A model generated the notes under the pieces. It saw only the letters and a program-made list of their open reading frames with translations. It searched no databases and was not told the DNA's origin. A program made the translations under genes and the position numbers. A DNA stretch of 64,000 bases from a virus (Duplodnaviria; Caudoviricetes), in IMG/VR virus record IMGVR_UViG_3300044641_005618. The stretch is one strand, 5' to 3'. Position 1 is the stretch's first letter; each line of letters begins with the position of its first letter. Positions 63,427 through 64,000 of this stretch are shown here, one piece after another.

Positions 63427-64000
63427 TTACCGATCTTGTGTAAACACTTGTACGAGTTTCCACCCTTCGCCTGGATCATCCTTGAACAACTTCACCTCTT
63501 TCGTAACGTCGTTCTCGTACGGCGAGGAAAGCTGCCAATTAGAGTTTGAACAGTGTTCCAAGTTTCTTTCTTTTCTAAAGTCTAGCCATTCTTGAGAAGT
63601 CCACATACCTTGCCAAACACCTCTCCAATCTTTATGATCTTTGCCCCGTTCTTTCAGAGACTGAAGTGAAAACTTCATGAACTGTTTTCGGCATTCTTCG
63701 CACTCAAGATCGTCCAATCGGGTCATGTTCTCTCGTGAGTAGAAAACCAGAGAAACCCGCTCAGCATCTTCAGTAAGTTTTGTCATGGGGCTGTTACCAT
63801 GGAGCAAAGTTTGAGTATCCCCTACGATGAAGTCCCCGTCTCTTAAATTGAAGGCCAATCTCACTTCGGGAAACACTAAGTAGTGACCTTCATAAACACC
63901 TTTTGTAAAAGCAGTTAAGACGGCCATACTCCCTTTCAAATTGTTCTTGTCAACGTGGTAGGCAGTCTTGAAATTGAAATTTACGGTTACACTCGTAAAG
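63427..64000 (-). CDS. TET/JBP-family 2OG-Fe(II) dioxygenase, partial (N-terminus outside the window)
   Basis: the frame is open to the window end: [20 protein letters not shown] (HxD), LLHGN (distal His), RVSLVFY (2OG-binding RxS). Confidence 0.8.
   Translation of the reverse strand, partial: FTSVTVNFNFKTAYHVDKNNLKGSMAVLTAFTKGVYEGHYLVFPEVRLAFNLRDGDFIVGDTQTLLHGNSPMTKLTEDAERVSLVFYSRENMTRLDDLECEECRKQFMKFSLQSLKERGKDHKDWRGVWQGMWTSQEWLDFRKERNLEHCSNSNWQLSSPYENDVTKEVKLFKDDPGEGWKLVQVFTQDR

Noticed and set aside
1-64000. tRNA, rRNA, CRISPR array, IS element, integrase or tape-measure gene
   Set aside because: None recognised by eye; tRNAscan-SE or Infernal would be needed to exclude atypical RNAs.

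Overview
A 64 kb piece of a large contractile-tailed dsDNA phage, most likely a cyanophage. The host inference rests on a DUF1517/FLAP1-like gene, a SwmB-like domain and a mitochondrial Pol-gamma-like family A polymerase. Every credible gene is on the minus strand except one. From 0 to 32 kb is a shuffled virion module: two tandem terminase large-subunit paralogs, neck and baseplate genes, tail tube, capsid, decoration, head morphogenesis, Mu-type protease/scaffold, DUF935 portal, a very large tail sheath and a tail chaperone with a -1 slippery site. From 33 to 40 kb are the DNA polymerase and a GyrA/ParC-type subunit. From 40 to 57 kb are small accessory genes behind a family of sigma70-like promoters with palindromic spacers. 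From 57 to 64 kb is a predicted DNA base-hypermodification cluster: P-loop kinase, amino acid:DNA transferase, LMW phosphatase, two amidoligases, glutamine amidotransferase, ATP-grasp protein, exonuclease and a TET/JBP-type dioxygenase. Three highlights: (1) the major capsid gene is split by six group I introns into seven exons of 9, 27, 39, 18, 188, 22 and 753 nt, which rejoin into a stop-free 351-aa protein, and the introns are patchwork copies of one another; (2) the hypermodification cluster; (3) the only plus-strand gene looks like an inverted segment inside that cluster. All coordinates and alignments were worked out by hand; family names come from motif recognition, not database searches.
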